A stretch of DNA of 64,000 bases from Kutzneria sp. (GTDB taxonomy: Bacteria; Actinomycetota; Actinomycetes; Mycobacteriales; Pseudonocardiaceae). A program made the position numbers and the translations under genes. Positions 47,587 through 55,152 of this stretch are shown here, piece after piece. Under the pieces are notes generated by a model, which was not told where the DNA came from, did not search any database, and saw only the letters and a program-made list of their open reading frames with translations. The stretch lies in assembly GCA_036403095.1 (NCBI GenBank), contig DASWRQ010000080.1, positions 29,073-93,072 of the forward strand, in the 5' to 3' direction. Numbering within the stretch: the first letter of the stretch is position 1; every line of letters begins with the position of its first letter.

Positions 47587-49382
47587 GATCGCACCTCCCC
47601 GGCCAGCACCGCGCCGGCGATCGCGTCGGCGTCGCGGCGGAACGGGCTGTCCTGTCCGGGCCGGCCGGTGCCGACCTGCGTGAACCAGCGGGTGTTCTGG
47701 GTGACGACCCCGATGGCGTGGATATCGGGGTCGGGCCGGCCCCGGGCGTCGACCACGTGGAAGGGGGACCTGGTGATCGCCAGGCCGCCGCTGGCGAACC
47801 GCTGCCCGGCGGCCGGATCCGCGTTGACGTGCTCGCTGATCATGCCGTCGGCCATCATCCGGCGCAGCAACGGATTGGTGTCACGGCGCAGGTCGGCGCC
47901 GGGCGCCCGGGCGTCCAGCAGCACGTCGGCGAGGCGGCGAGAACCGTTGACCGCCGGCGATTCCACCGCGAACAGGCCGGCTTCCGCGGCGGAGAAGCGG
48001 GCGCCCGGTCCGACCACGTCCAGCACGCCGGCCTCGATCAGCGCCGTCAGCTGCTCGACGTGGGCCACCGGCGGGCCGGCCGACAGCAGGAAGCTCATCG
48101 GCGCCCAGCGGCTGAGGAAATCCCGCTGCGAATCCGGCAGCAGGCCGTCGAAGTCCACCACGTCCGGCATGAGCGGCCGCAGCGAGCGCATCACCTCCAG
48201 CGCGGCCTTGACGGGATCGACGGTCGACCCGGCGCGGGCCCGGGCGACGTCCTCGTGCAGGACGCCGAGCAGCTGCGACCGGAACTCGTCCGGGCCGGCG
48301 AAACGCCGGTCGGCGAACGGATCGGCCAGCGCGCCGATGTCGATGGGCGCGACGTCGTCGAGTCCGAAGTCGGCCAGCTTCTCGATGCTGAAGGCGGCAG
48401 CCGCCTCGTCGCCGTGCCGCTGACGCACGATGCACCGGTAGTACGCGTGTTCGAGTTCGGCCCGGACCAGGGGCTCCACCTCGGCGGCGAAGTCCAGTTT
48501 CCCGTCGCCACGACGGGCGGCGGCGGCTTCCCGCAGCTCGGCCAGTCGGTCTTCGGTGAGGATGACCGGCCGCGGCGCGAGCTCGGCGGGCTCGTTGAGC
48601 TCGGCGCGGGCGCGGAACGGCAGCCCGCTGCGCGAGCCGGCGACCAGCCGCGGCTCGGCGCCGCTGGGCACGTAGCGCAATTCACCCTGTTGACGGACGA
48701 AGCGGCCGCCCCGGCCCACCGACAGCGCTCGGGTGACGTCGTAGCACGTCAGGCCGAGGCCGCGGATCGCGATGGTGCTGCCCGCCTCGATGTCGTCCAA
48801 CGGCATCGTCGCGGCCATGCCGCCGCGGATGTACCGGCCATGGTCGAGCAGCCGGCGCTCCTCGTCGTCGGGTTCGAGACCACTGTGGCCGGTCGCCAGG
48901 ACCACCTTGTCCACAACGAGGTCGCGGTGTCCATTGTCGACGGTCAGGTGCAGCTGACCGTCCACCCGGCGTACTGCCGTCGCGGTGCCGGTCAGCGGGA
49001 ACACCCGCACACCGGGCGGCGCGGACGCGCACAGCCGGGCGAACGTCTCCCGCAGGTACCGGCCGTATTCGGCCCGACTGGGGTAGGTCTGCCGGCCGGT
49101 GTCGGCGTCGAGCCCGGCCCACTCGGCGAACGACGTCGACCCGGCCGGATGATCCGGGGACTGCGCCGTCAACTCGGCGGCGGTGGCGTTGGTCGCGTAC
49201 CACTCGGGCTGGTCGGTCCGCCACACCTGGCCCGAGCCGTGCTCGACCGGGTCGAGGGCCCAGATCACGACCTCGTGGCCGCCGGGGCGGCGGCGCAACC
49301 GGACCAGCAGCCGTTCCAGCACGGCCAGCCCGCGTGGACCACAGCCCACGATCGCCACCCGCAGCCGTCTTTTGCCTCTCAC
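47568..49382 (-). CDS. FAD/NAD(P)-binding protein, CreE/FzmM-like flavin monooxygenase family
   Basis: IVGCGPRGLAVLERL, GSGQVWRTDQ, YPSRAEYGRYL, LATGH, RGLGL, GRGGRF, SGAEP, GSRSGLP. Confidence 0.8.
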   Translation of the reverse strand: MRGKRRLRVAIVGCGPRGLAVLERLLVRLRRRPGGHEVVIWALDPVEHGSGQVWRTDQPEWYATNATAAELTAQSPDHPAGSTSFAEWAGLDADTGRQTYPSRAEYGRYLRETFARLCASAPPGVRVFPLTGTATAVRRVDGQLHLTVDNGHRDLVVDKVVLATGHSGLEPDDEERRLLDHGRYIRGGMAATMPLDDIEAGSTIAIRGLGLTCYDVTRALSVGRGGRFVRQQGELRYVPSGAEPRLVAGSRSGLPFRARAELNEPAELAPRPVILTEDRLAELREAAAARRGDGKLDFAAEVEPLVRAELEHAYYRCIVRQRHGDEAAAAFSIEKLADFGLDDVAPIDIGALADPFADRRFAGPDEFRSQLLGVLHEDVARARAGSTVDPVKAALEVMRSLRPLMPDVVDFDGLLPDSQRDFLSRWAPMSFLLSAGPPVAHVEQLTALIEAGVLDVVGPGARFSAAEAGLFAVESPAVNGSRRLADVLLDARAPGADLRRDTNPLLRRMMADGMISEHVNADPAAGQRFASGGLAITRSPFHVVDARGRPDPDIHAIGVVTQNTRWFTQVGTGRPGQDSPFRRDADAIAGAVLAGEVRSWPVPA

Positions 49383-49391
49383 CGCGCTCTG

Positions 49392-49445
49392 GTACCCGTC
49401 CGAGGACTGGGTCAACCTTTGTTTAACGGCCCCGATTCTGGGCAT
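49392..49445. promoter_or_regulatory. Back-to-back SigB/SigF-type promoters (flavoprotein / Rieske)
   Basis: Minus GGTT-N16-GGGTAC; plus GTTT-N15-GGGCAT; each 9 nt before its start codon. Confidence 0.72.
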
Positions 49446-49454
49446 GCCGGCAGC

Positions 49455-50309
49455 ATGGAGCAGCCTCGTTTCCTCGATCGGATCGCCGACGACAAGCGAC
49501 TGGACGCCGTCGGCGACGCGTTGCGCCAAGGGGTGCAGGCGATCCTGCGCCCGGGCGTGGTGAAGGACCTGCTGCACGGCGTGTTCCTCGGCCACCCGCT
49601 GCACCCCGCGCTGGTGCAGCTGCCCATCGGCTGTTTCGCCAGCGCCGCCGTGCTGGACGTGGCCGGCAGCTCCCGCGATGCCACCCGCCTGATCGGGCTC
49701 GGCGTGCTCAGCAGCGTGCCGGCGGCCGCGGCGGGACTGGCCGACTACGCGGACAGCCAGCAGGACCACCGGCGTGTCGGTGTCGTGCACGCCGCCGTGA
49801 ACGCGACCGCCCTCGTCTGTTACGTCACCTCGCTGGCACTGCGGGCCAAGGGCCGGCAGCGCGCCGGCGTGTGGTCGGCGCTGGCCGGCCTGACCTTCAG
49901 CATGGCCGGGGCCACCCTCGGCGGCGACCTCGCCTTCCGCCGGGCGGTCGGCGCCAACCACTCCGAGCACGCCTCCCGCGTCGGCCCGGCCGACTGGTGC
50001 GACATCGGCTACGTCGAGCAGTTCCCCGAGAAGACGCCGACCCGGCGGCTGGCGGGCGACATCCCGGTGCTCGTGGTGCGGCGGGGCGAGGAGTTCGCGG
50101 TGCTCCACGACCAGTGCAGCCACATGTCCGGCCCGCTGAGCGAGGGCGAGCTGACCCAGGTGGGCGGCGTCGACTGCGTCAAATGCCCCTGGCACGGCAG
50201 CGTTTTCCGGCTCGACGACGGCCGGCCGGCCCACGGGCCCGCCACCGCGCCGCAGCAGCGCCTGGACAGCCGGGTGCGGGGCAGCCGACTCGAAGTCAAG
50301 ACGGCCTAG
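49455..50309 (+). CDS. DUF2231 membrane domain fused to a Rieske [2Fe-2S] domain
   Basis: LHGVFLGHPLHPALVQLPIG; CSHMSGPL...CPWHGS. Confidence 0.9.
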   Translation: MEQPRFLDRIADDKRLDAVGDALRQGVQAILRPGVVKDLLHGVFLGHPLHPALVQLPIGCFASAAVLDVAGSSRDATRLIGLGVLSSVPAAAAGLADYADSQQDHRRVGVVHAAVNATALVCYVTSLALRAKGRQRAGVWSALAGLTFSMAGATLGGDLAFRRAVGANHSEHASRVGPADWCDIGYVEQFPEKTPTRRLAGDIPVLVVRRGEEFAVLHDQCSHMSGPLSEGELTQVGGVDCVKCPWHGSVFRLDDGRPAHGPATAPQQRLDSRVRGSRLEVKTA

Positions 50310-50317
50310 GGGAAGCG

Positions 50318-50509
50318 GTGTCCGGAGACGTGATCACGTACAACGAGGACGGTGTCTGGAAGACGCGGGTGGAGGGCAACAGCCGGGCCTCGCGGATCAG
50401 CCCGGACCGGGGTGACGCGGTCGCCTTCGGCCGGCGCCTGGCCCGGGAACGGGGGGTCCAGCACATCGTGCGGGATGCCGCCAAACCCGGTTCCGACAAC
50501 AGGTCGTAG
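50318..50509 (+). CDS. DUF2188-like small protein
   Basis: WKTRVEGNSRAS...AVAFGRRLARERGVQHIVR. Confidence 0.7.
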   Translation: MSGDVITYNEDGVWKTRVEGNSRASRISPDRGDAVAFGRRLARERGVQHIVRDAAKPGSDNRS

Positions 50510-50545
50510 GCGGCATCGTCGAGCCCGGTGCGGGTACACCGGGGC

Positions 50546-51469
50546 ATGCGCGCTGTCGATCCCACGCCGGTCCGGGGCCGCCGGACCTGGCTTCGCATCC
50601 TGGGCACCGGCCTGGTGCTCTGGCTGCTCACCGTCGTGGTGACGTTCCTGACCGGGAATCCCACCCTCGTGCCGACCCTGGTGCTGTTGGGCAGCTTTCT
50701 CGTCCCCGTCACGTTCGTCGCCTGGGCCTTCGGGCGCCGGCACAGCGGTGAGGTCACCGCCGAACTGCTGCTTACCACGTTCGTCACCGGCGGCGTGCTC
50801 GGTGTGCTGGGCGCTTCGCTGCTGGAGACGTACCTGCTGCACCCGTCGACCGGGCTGTTCATCGGCGTCGGGTTGGTCGAGGAAGCCGTCAAGCTGGCCG
50901 CCCTCGCCGTGCTGACCCGCCGGCTGGCCCGCAAGTACGCCCTCGACGGCATGATCCTCGGCGCCGCGGTCGGGTTCGGCTTCGCCGCGTTCGAGTCGGC
51001 CGGCTACGCCTTCACGGCGCTGTTCACCGAGCAGGGACTGTCGCTGGTCGACCTCGTCGAGACGGAGATCCTGCGAGGACTGCTCGCGCCGGTGGGCCAC
51101 GGCCTGTGGACGGCGATCCTGGGTGGTGTGCTGTTCTCGGCCAGCGACCACCGGCACTTCGCCTTCAGCCGCCGGCTGCTGCTGTCGTATCTGGGCGTGT
51201 CGCTGCTGCACGCGCTGTGGGACGCCATGCACGGCATCGCCCTCGCGTTGACGCTGCTGCTGACCGGCACGCCGAGACAGTTCGAACTGCTGCAGCAGGG
51301 CTACCAGCCGCAGCCGACACCGTTGCAGGCCAACCTGTTCACGGTGTTGAGCTGGGGTGGCCTCGCGGTGCTGGCCGTGATCGGCGTGGTGTGGCTGGTC
51401 GTCGAACGCCACACCGCGGCCCGCGCTGAGCGGTCCGCGGTGTTCTGGCGTGTTCCGACGGCACGGTGA
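50546..51469 (+). CDS. PrsW-family intramembrane glutamic protease
   Basis: VEEAVK, GFGFAAFES, GHGLWT, LHALWD; promoter GCAT-N15-GGGTAC at 50513-50537. Confidence 0.88.
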   Translation: MRAVDPTPVRGRRTWLRILGTGLVLWLLTVVVTFLTGNPTLVPTLVLLGSFLVPVTFVAWAFGRRHSGEVTAELLLTTFVTGGVLGVLGASLLETYLLHPSTGLFIGVGLVEEAVKLAALAVLTRRLARKYALDGMILGAAVGFGFAAFESAGYAFTALFTEQGLSLVDLVETEILRGLLAPVGHGLWTAILGGVLFSASDHRHFAFSRRLLLSYLGVSLLHALWDAMHGIALALTLLLTGTPRQFELLQQGYQPQPTPLQANLFTVLSWGGLAVLAVIGVVWLVVERHTAARAERSAVFWRVPTAR

Positions 51470-51474
51470 GGGCC

Positions 51475-51672
51475 TCAGCCCCGTCCCGTGCGCTGCTGCA
51501 ACTCGTCGATCCGGCGAGACGCCTCCGCCTTGGTCAGATCCTCGGGCGGCGGCTCCTCACCGGCCTGCTGGGCCAACGTGCCCAGGTACGAGGCCTGCGG
51601 GCCGGTCATCGGCTCCTCGCCGGTCGTCCACTGCTCGACGGGCTTCTCCGGGTTCAGGTCCGGCTCGCTCAT
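51475..51672 (-). CDS. DUF3072-domain protein
   Basis: WTTGEEPMTGPQASYL...LTKAEASRRIDELQ; promoter GTTT-N16-GGGCAC at 51712-51737. Confidence 0.87.
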   Translation of the reverse strand: MSEPDLNPEKPVEQWTTGEEPMTGPQASYLGTLAQQAGEEPPPEDLTKAEASRRIDELQQRTGRG

Positions 51673-51769
51673 CGCGCACCTCCCACACGCATCGGGTTCG
51701 ACGCGCCGGGAGTGCCCGGGCGAGCCGGCCTCGAAACCTTGTTCGAGAAGCCCGTCGTGGTTCGAGAAG

Positions 51770-52219
51770 TCAGTCGTGGGACCGACGCAGCAGCAGCCGC
51801 AGCAGCACGATCAGCCCGACCATGCCCAGCAGCACCATCGCCGGCCGCTGGCGGACCACGTCCATCGTGCGATGGGCCGGCTCGCGCACCGCCTCGGGCA
51901 GGTCGTCGATCTTGCGCTCGGCCTCGATGATGGTGTGCATCGCGGTGTCCCTCACCTGCGCCGTGGCCTGCTGAGCCTTTCCTGCGGTGGTGGCGGCCAC
52001 CTGCTGGGCCTTGCCGGCTGTGGTGGCGGCCACCTGCTGGGCCTTGTCGGCCGCGGTCGCGGCCACCTGCTGGGCCTTCGCGCCGGCCTTCTGCAGGCCC
52101 TCGTTGGCCCGGGCCTGCACGTCGAGCTTGTCGGACAGCTGTTGCACCGTCTCGCCCAACGCCTCACGGGTGCGCTCGGCCTGCTCGCGCAGCTCCGCCG
52201 CCTGATCCTTCGCGTTCAT
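51770..52219 (-). CDS. DUF3618-domain protein with 11-mer repeats and C-terminal TM helix
   Basis: ERTREALGETVQQLSDKLDV; KAQQVAAT repeats; promoter TGTT-N15-GGGTAT at 52257-52281. Confidence 0.82.
   Translation of the reverse strand: MNAKDQAAELREQAERTREALGETVQQLSDKLDVQARANEGLQKAGAKAQQVAATAADKAQQVAATTAGKAQQVAATTAGKAQQATAQVRDTAMHTIIEAERKIDDLPEAVREPAHRTMDVVRQRPAMVLLGMVGLIVLLRLLLRRSHD
51965..52078 (-). repeat. 33-bp coding tandem repeat (KAQQVAATxAx), about 3.5 copies
   Basis: Units at 52046-52078, 52013-52045 and 51980-52012, plus a partial copy. Confidence 0.8.
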
Positions 52220-52338
52220 CTCGCGCTCCTGTCCATGAACCGGTGGTGACCGCCGGATACCCAACCGTGAATCGGACAACACCCGGGTTGGGGTCGGGGA
52301 GATCCGGATACTTGTGCTGAGAGGAACGGAGGCCGTGA

Positions 52339-53406
52339 ATGTCTGGACTGCCGCTGCCGGCGCTGCTGGCCGTGTTCGCCGCGGCGGCCGCCGCCATCTG
52401 GGTCGCCGGCGTGCAGCTGTCCGACCAGACCGACGTGCTGTCCACCCGGCTACACCTCGGATCGGCGCTGGGCGGTCTCATCCTGCTGGCGGTGGCCACG
52501 AACCTGCCGGAGCTGGCCATCGTCGCCAGTGCGGCGGTCGCCGGCAATCTCGGCGTCGCGGTCGGCAACATCCTCGGCGGCATCGCCATCCAGACCGTGG
52601 TGCTGGTCGTGTTGGACGTGGCCGGCACGCGCGGCGGGCGGCCGCTCACCTACCGGGCCGCCTCGCTCGTGCTGGTGCTGGAGGCCATGCTCGTGATCGC
52701 CGTGTTGGCGGTGGTCGTGGCGGGCACGCAGCTCCCGTCCGACCTGATCGCGTTCCGCCTGACGCCGGGGCCGGTCCTCATCGCCGTGCTGTGGGCGGCG
52801 GGGCTGTTGCTCCTGCGGCGGGCCGGCACTTCGCTGCCCTGGCAGGAGTCCGGTCAGGCGCCCGACGGCCAGGAGCGGCCGCGGGGGCATCGCCGCAAGC
52901 ACGCCGAGCAGCAGGCCACCAGCAAGGGAACCAGCACCGCCAAGGCAGCCGTCGTCTTCGGCGTCGCCGCCGTGATCACCCTCGTCGCCGGCGTGGTGCT
53001 TGAGCGCAGCGGCGACGCCATCGCCGACCACATCGGGCTTTCCGGCGTCCTGTTCGGGGCGACGGTGCTCGCCGCCGCCACCTCGCTGCCGGAGGTCTCG
53101 ACCGGCCTGACGTCCGTGCGCAACGGCGACTACCAGCTCGCGGTGAGCGACATCTTCGGCGGCAACGCCTTCCTGCCCGTCCTCTTCCTGCTCGCGACGC
53201 TGCTGTCGGGCAAGTCGGTGCTGCCGCAGGCCCAGCACACCGACATCTATCTGACCGCGCTCGGTGTGCTGCTCACCCTGGTGTACGCGGCCGGACTGCT
53301 GTTCCGGCCCTCCCGGCGCATCGCGGGCATGGGCGTCGACTCGCTGGCCGTCCTGGTGCTGTACGCGCTGGGCGTGGCGGGCCTGTTCGCCATCGCCACG
53401 GCGTGA
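52339..53406 (+). CDS. Sodium:calcium (CaCA family) antiporter
   Basis: Two alpha-repeats: ATNLPE...GNILG and ATSLPE...SDIFGGN. Confidence 0.9.
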   Translation: MSGLPLPALLAVFAAAAAAIWVAGVQLSDQTDVLSTRLHLGSALGGLILLAVATNLPELAIVASAAVAGNLGVAVGNILGGIAIQTVVLVVLDVAGTRGGRPLTYRAASLVLVLEAMLVIAVLAVVVAGTQLPSDLIAFRLTPGPVLIAVLWAAGLLLLRRAGTSLPWQESGQAPDGQERPRGHRRKHAEQQATSKGTSTAKAAVVFGVAAVITLVAGVVLERSGDAIADHIGLSGVLFGATVLAAATSLPEVSTGLTSVRNGDYQLAVSDIFGGNAFLPVLFLLATLLSGKSVLPQAQHTDIYLTALGVLLTLVYAAGLLFRPSRRIAGMGVDSLAVLVLYALGVAGLFAIATA

Positions 53407-53408
53407 GG

Positions 53409-54107
53409 TCACCTCGGATCGAGCAGCGGGGCGATCAGGTCGCACATCACCCGTGACGGGGCCAGGCCGAGCTGGGAGCCGAGCAGCTGCCGGTAGAAGT
53501 GGTACTGGCGCAAGGCTTCCGCGGCATTGCCGTCGGCCAGGTGCACGGCGACCAGCTCCCGGTAGGCGCTCTCCCGCAGCGGATCGGCGGCGACGGCGGA
53601 CAGGCCGACGGACAGCGCCTCGCGCAGCCGGCCGTGGTCGCGACGGTGCGCGCACAGGGATTCCAGCGCGCTCAACCGGAGCTGTCGGAAGCACTCCCGG
53701 TGCACGGCGACCCAGTCCTGCGGCCATCCCGGCAGGAGATCGGCCGTGAGCGCGTCCGCCGTCGTCAGGCTCTCGACGTTGCCGGCCTGGTGGCTGACGT
53801 GCACGAAGTCGACCTGCACTCCGCTGTCCAGGCGCAGGTCGTGGGTCCGGCGCACGACGACGGCCTGGCCGGCGACGCGGGTGATCCGCCACAGCGTCGA
53901 CCGGAGGTTGCCCGAGGCCCGGCGCTCGGAGGTGTCGGGCCACAGGGCGGCGGCCATCGCCGAGCGGGTGATCCAGTGCTGTTCCAACGCCAGGTAAGCC
54001 AGCAACCGCTCGGCGTTCGGCGCGACGGCGACCCGTCGGCCGCCGACGCCGAGCGCGAAGCCGCCCAGCAACCGCAGTTCGACCGCTTCCCGGCCTTCCC
54101 CATCCAT
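53409..54107 (-). CDS. SARP/AfsR-type regulator (wHTH plus BTAD)
   Basis: LRLLGGF, LWPD...NLRSTLWR, DPLRESA, GNAAEALRQY, LGLAPS. Confidence 0.88.
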   Translation of the reverse strand: MDGEGREAVELRLLGGFALGVGGRRVAVAPNAERLLAYLALEQHWITRSAMAAALWPDTSERRASGNLRSTLWRITRVAGQAVVVRRTHDLRLDSGVQVDFVHVSHQAGNVESLTTADALTADLLPGWPQDWVAVHRECFRQLRLSALESLCAHRRDHGRLREALSVGLSAVAADPLRESAYRELVAVHLADGNAAEALRQYHFYRQLLGSQLGLAPSRVMCDLIAPLLDPR

Positions 54108-54249
54108 CGATGCCCCCAGCGCTGGTCGGCGTCACCGTTGATCCCGTCCGCACGAGGTGCCCGGCCGGCTGGGGACTAATCGTGTTGCCGGCGTTCGACA
54201 TGCTCGGGTCCGTCGGGGCGTCGCCGCCCGCGTCGATGGGGCCGTCGCT

Positions 54250-54282
54250 GGTGACAGCGGGGTGACAAGCGCCGCCTAGCGT
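54250..54282 (+). promoter_or_regulatory. Putative SARP-activated promoter of the Mn catalase operon
   Basis: GGTGACA direct repeats at 54250 and 54261 (11-bp period), then a TAGCGT -10 at 54277. Confidence 0.55.
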
Positions 54283-54311
54283 CCGGTCATCGACAGCGAG
54301 AGGAGAACGCG

Positions 54312-55142
54312 ATGTTCTTCCACACCGGCAAACTCCAGTTCGAGGCCAAGCCGGAGCGGCCGGATCCGGTGTACGCGCGGCGGCTGCAGGAACTGGTCGG
54401 CGGCGCGGCCGGCGAGATCACCGTGACCATGCAGTACCTGTTCCAGGGCTTCAACTGCCGGATGCCCGGCAAGTACAAGGACATGATCATGGACGTCGCC
54501 ACCGAGGAGATCGGCCACGTCGAGATGCTGGCCACCATGGTGGCCCGGCTGCTCGAAGGCGCGCCCGCCCAGGTCACCGCCGAGGCGGTCGGCGAGGACC
54601 CGGTGCTGGCGGCCGTGATCGGCGGCATGGACCCGCAGCAGGCGATCATCGGCGGCGGCGGGGCGCTGCCCGCGGACAGCAACGGCGTGCCGTGGAACGG
54701 CCGCTACGTGATGGCCAGCGGCAACCTGCTGGCCGACTTCTACGCCAACGTCGCCGCGGAGGCGCAGAGCCGCCTGCAGACCGCTCGCCTGTACGGGATG
54801 ACCGACGACGCCGGCGTGAAGGCGATGCTGCAGTTCAACCTGGCCCGCGACACCGCGCACCAGAACCAGTGGCTGGCCGGCATCGAGCAGCTGCGGGAGG
54901 ACGGTCTCGCGGGCACCGTTGAGGACTCGCTGCACGAGGTCGAGGTCAGCGAGCACGCCGCGACGCTGTGGCACCTGTCCGACGGCGCCGAGAGCCAGAA
55001 CGGGCGCTGGGCCGCCGGGCCCACCCCCGACGGCCGGCACGAGTTCGAGTTCGTCGCCACGCCCACGCCACTGGGCGGAGTGGGCCAGGCCCCGCCGCCC
55101 GACCCGCTGCTGTACGGCACCGGGCCGACGCCGGCGCAGTGA
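54312..55142 (+). CDS. Manganese catalase
   Basis: LQELVGGAAGE, MQYLFQ, TEEIGHVEM, NVAAEAQSR, RDTAHQNQW. Confidence 0.93.
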   Translation: MFFHTGKLQFEAKPERPDPVYARRLQELVGGAAGEITVTMQYLFQGFNCRMPGKYKDMIMDVATEEIGHVEMLATMVARLLEGAPAQVTAEAVGEDPVLAAVIGGMDPQQAIIGGGGALPADSNGVPWNGRYVMASGNLLADFYANVAAEAQSRLQTARLYGMTDDAGVKAMLQFNLARDTAHQNQWLAGIEQLREDGLAGTVEDSLHEVEVSEHAATLWHLSDGAESQNGRWAAGPTPDGRHEFEFVATPTPLGGVGQAPPPDPLLYGTGPTPAQ

Positions 55143-55152
55143 GCACCGGGCC

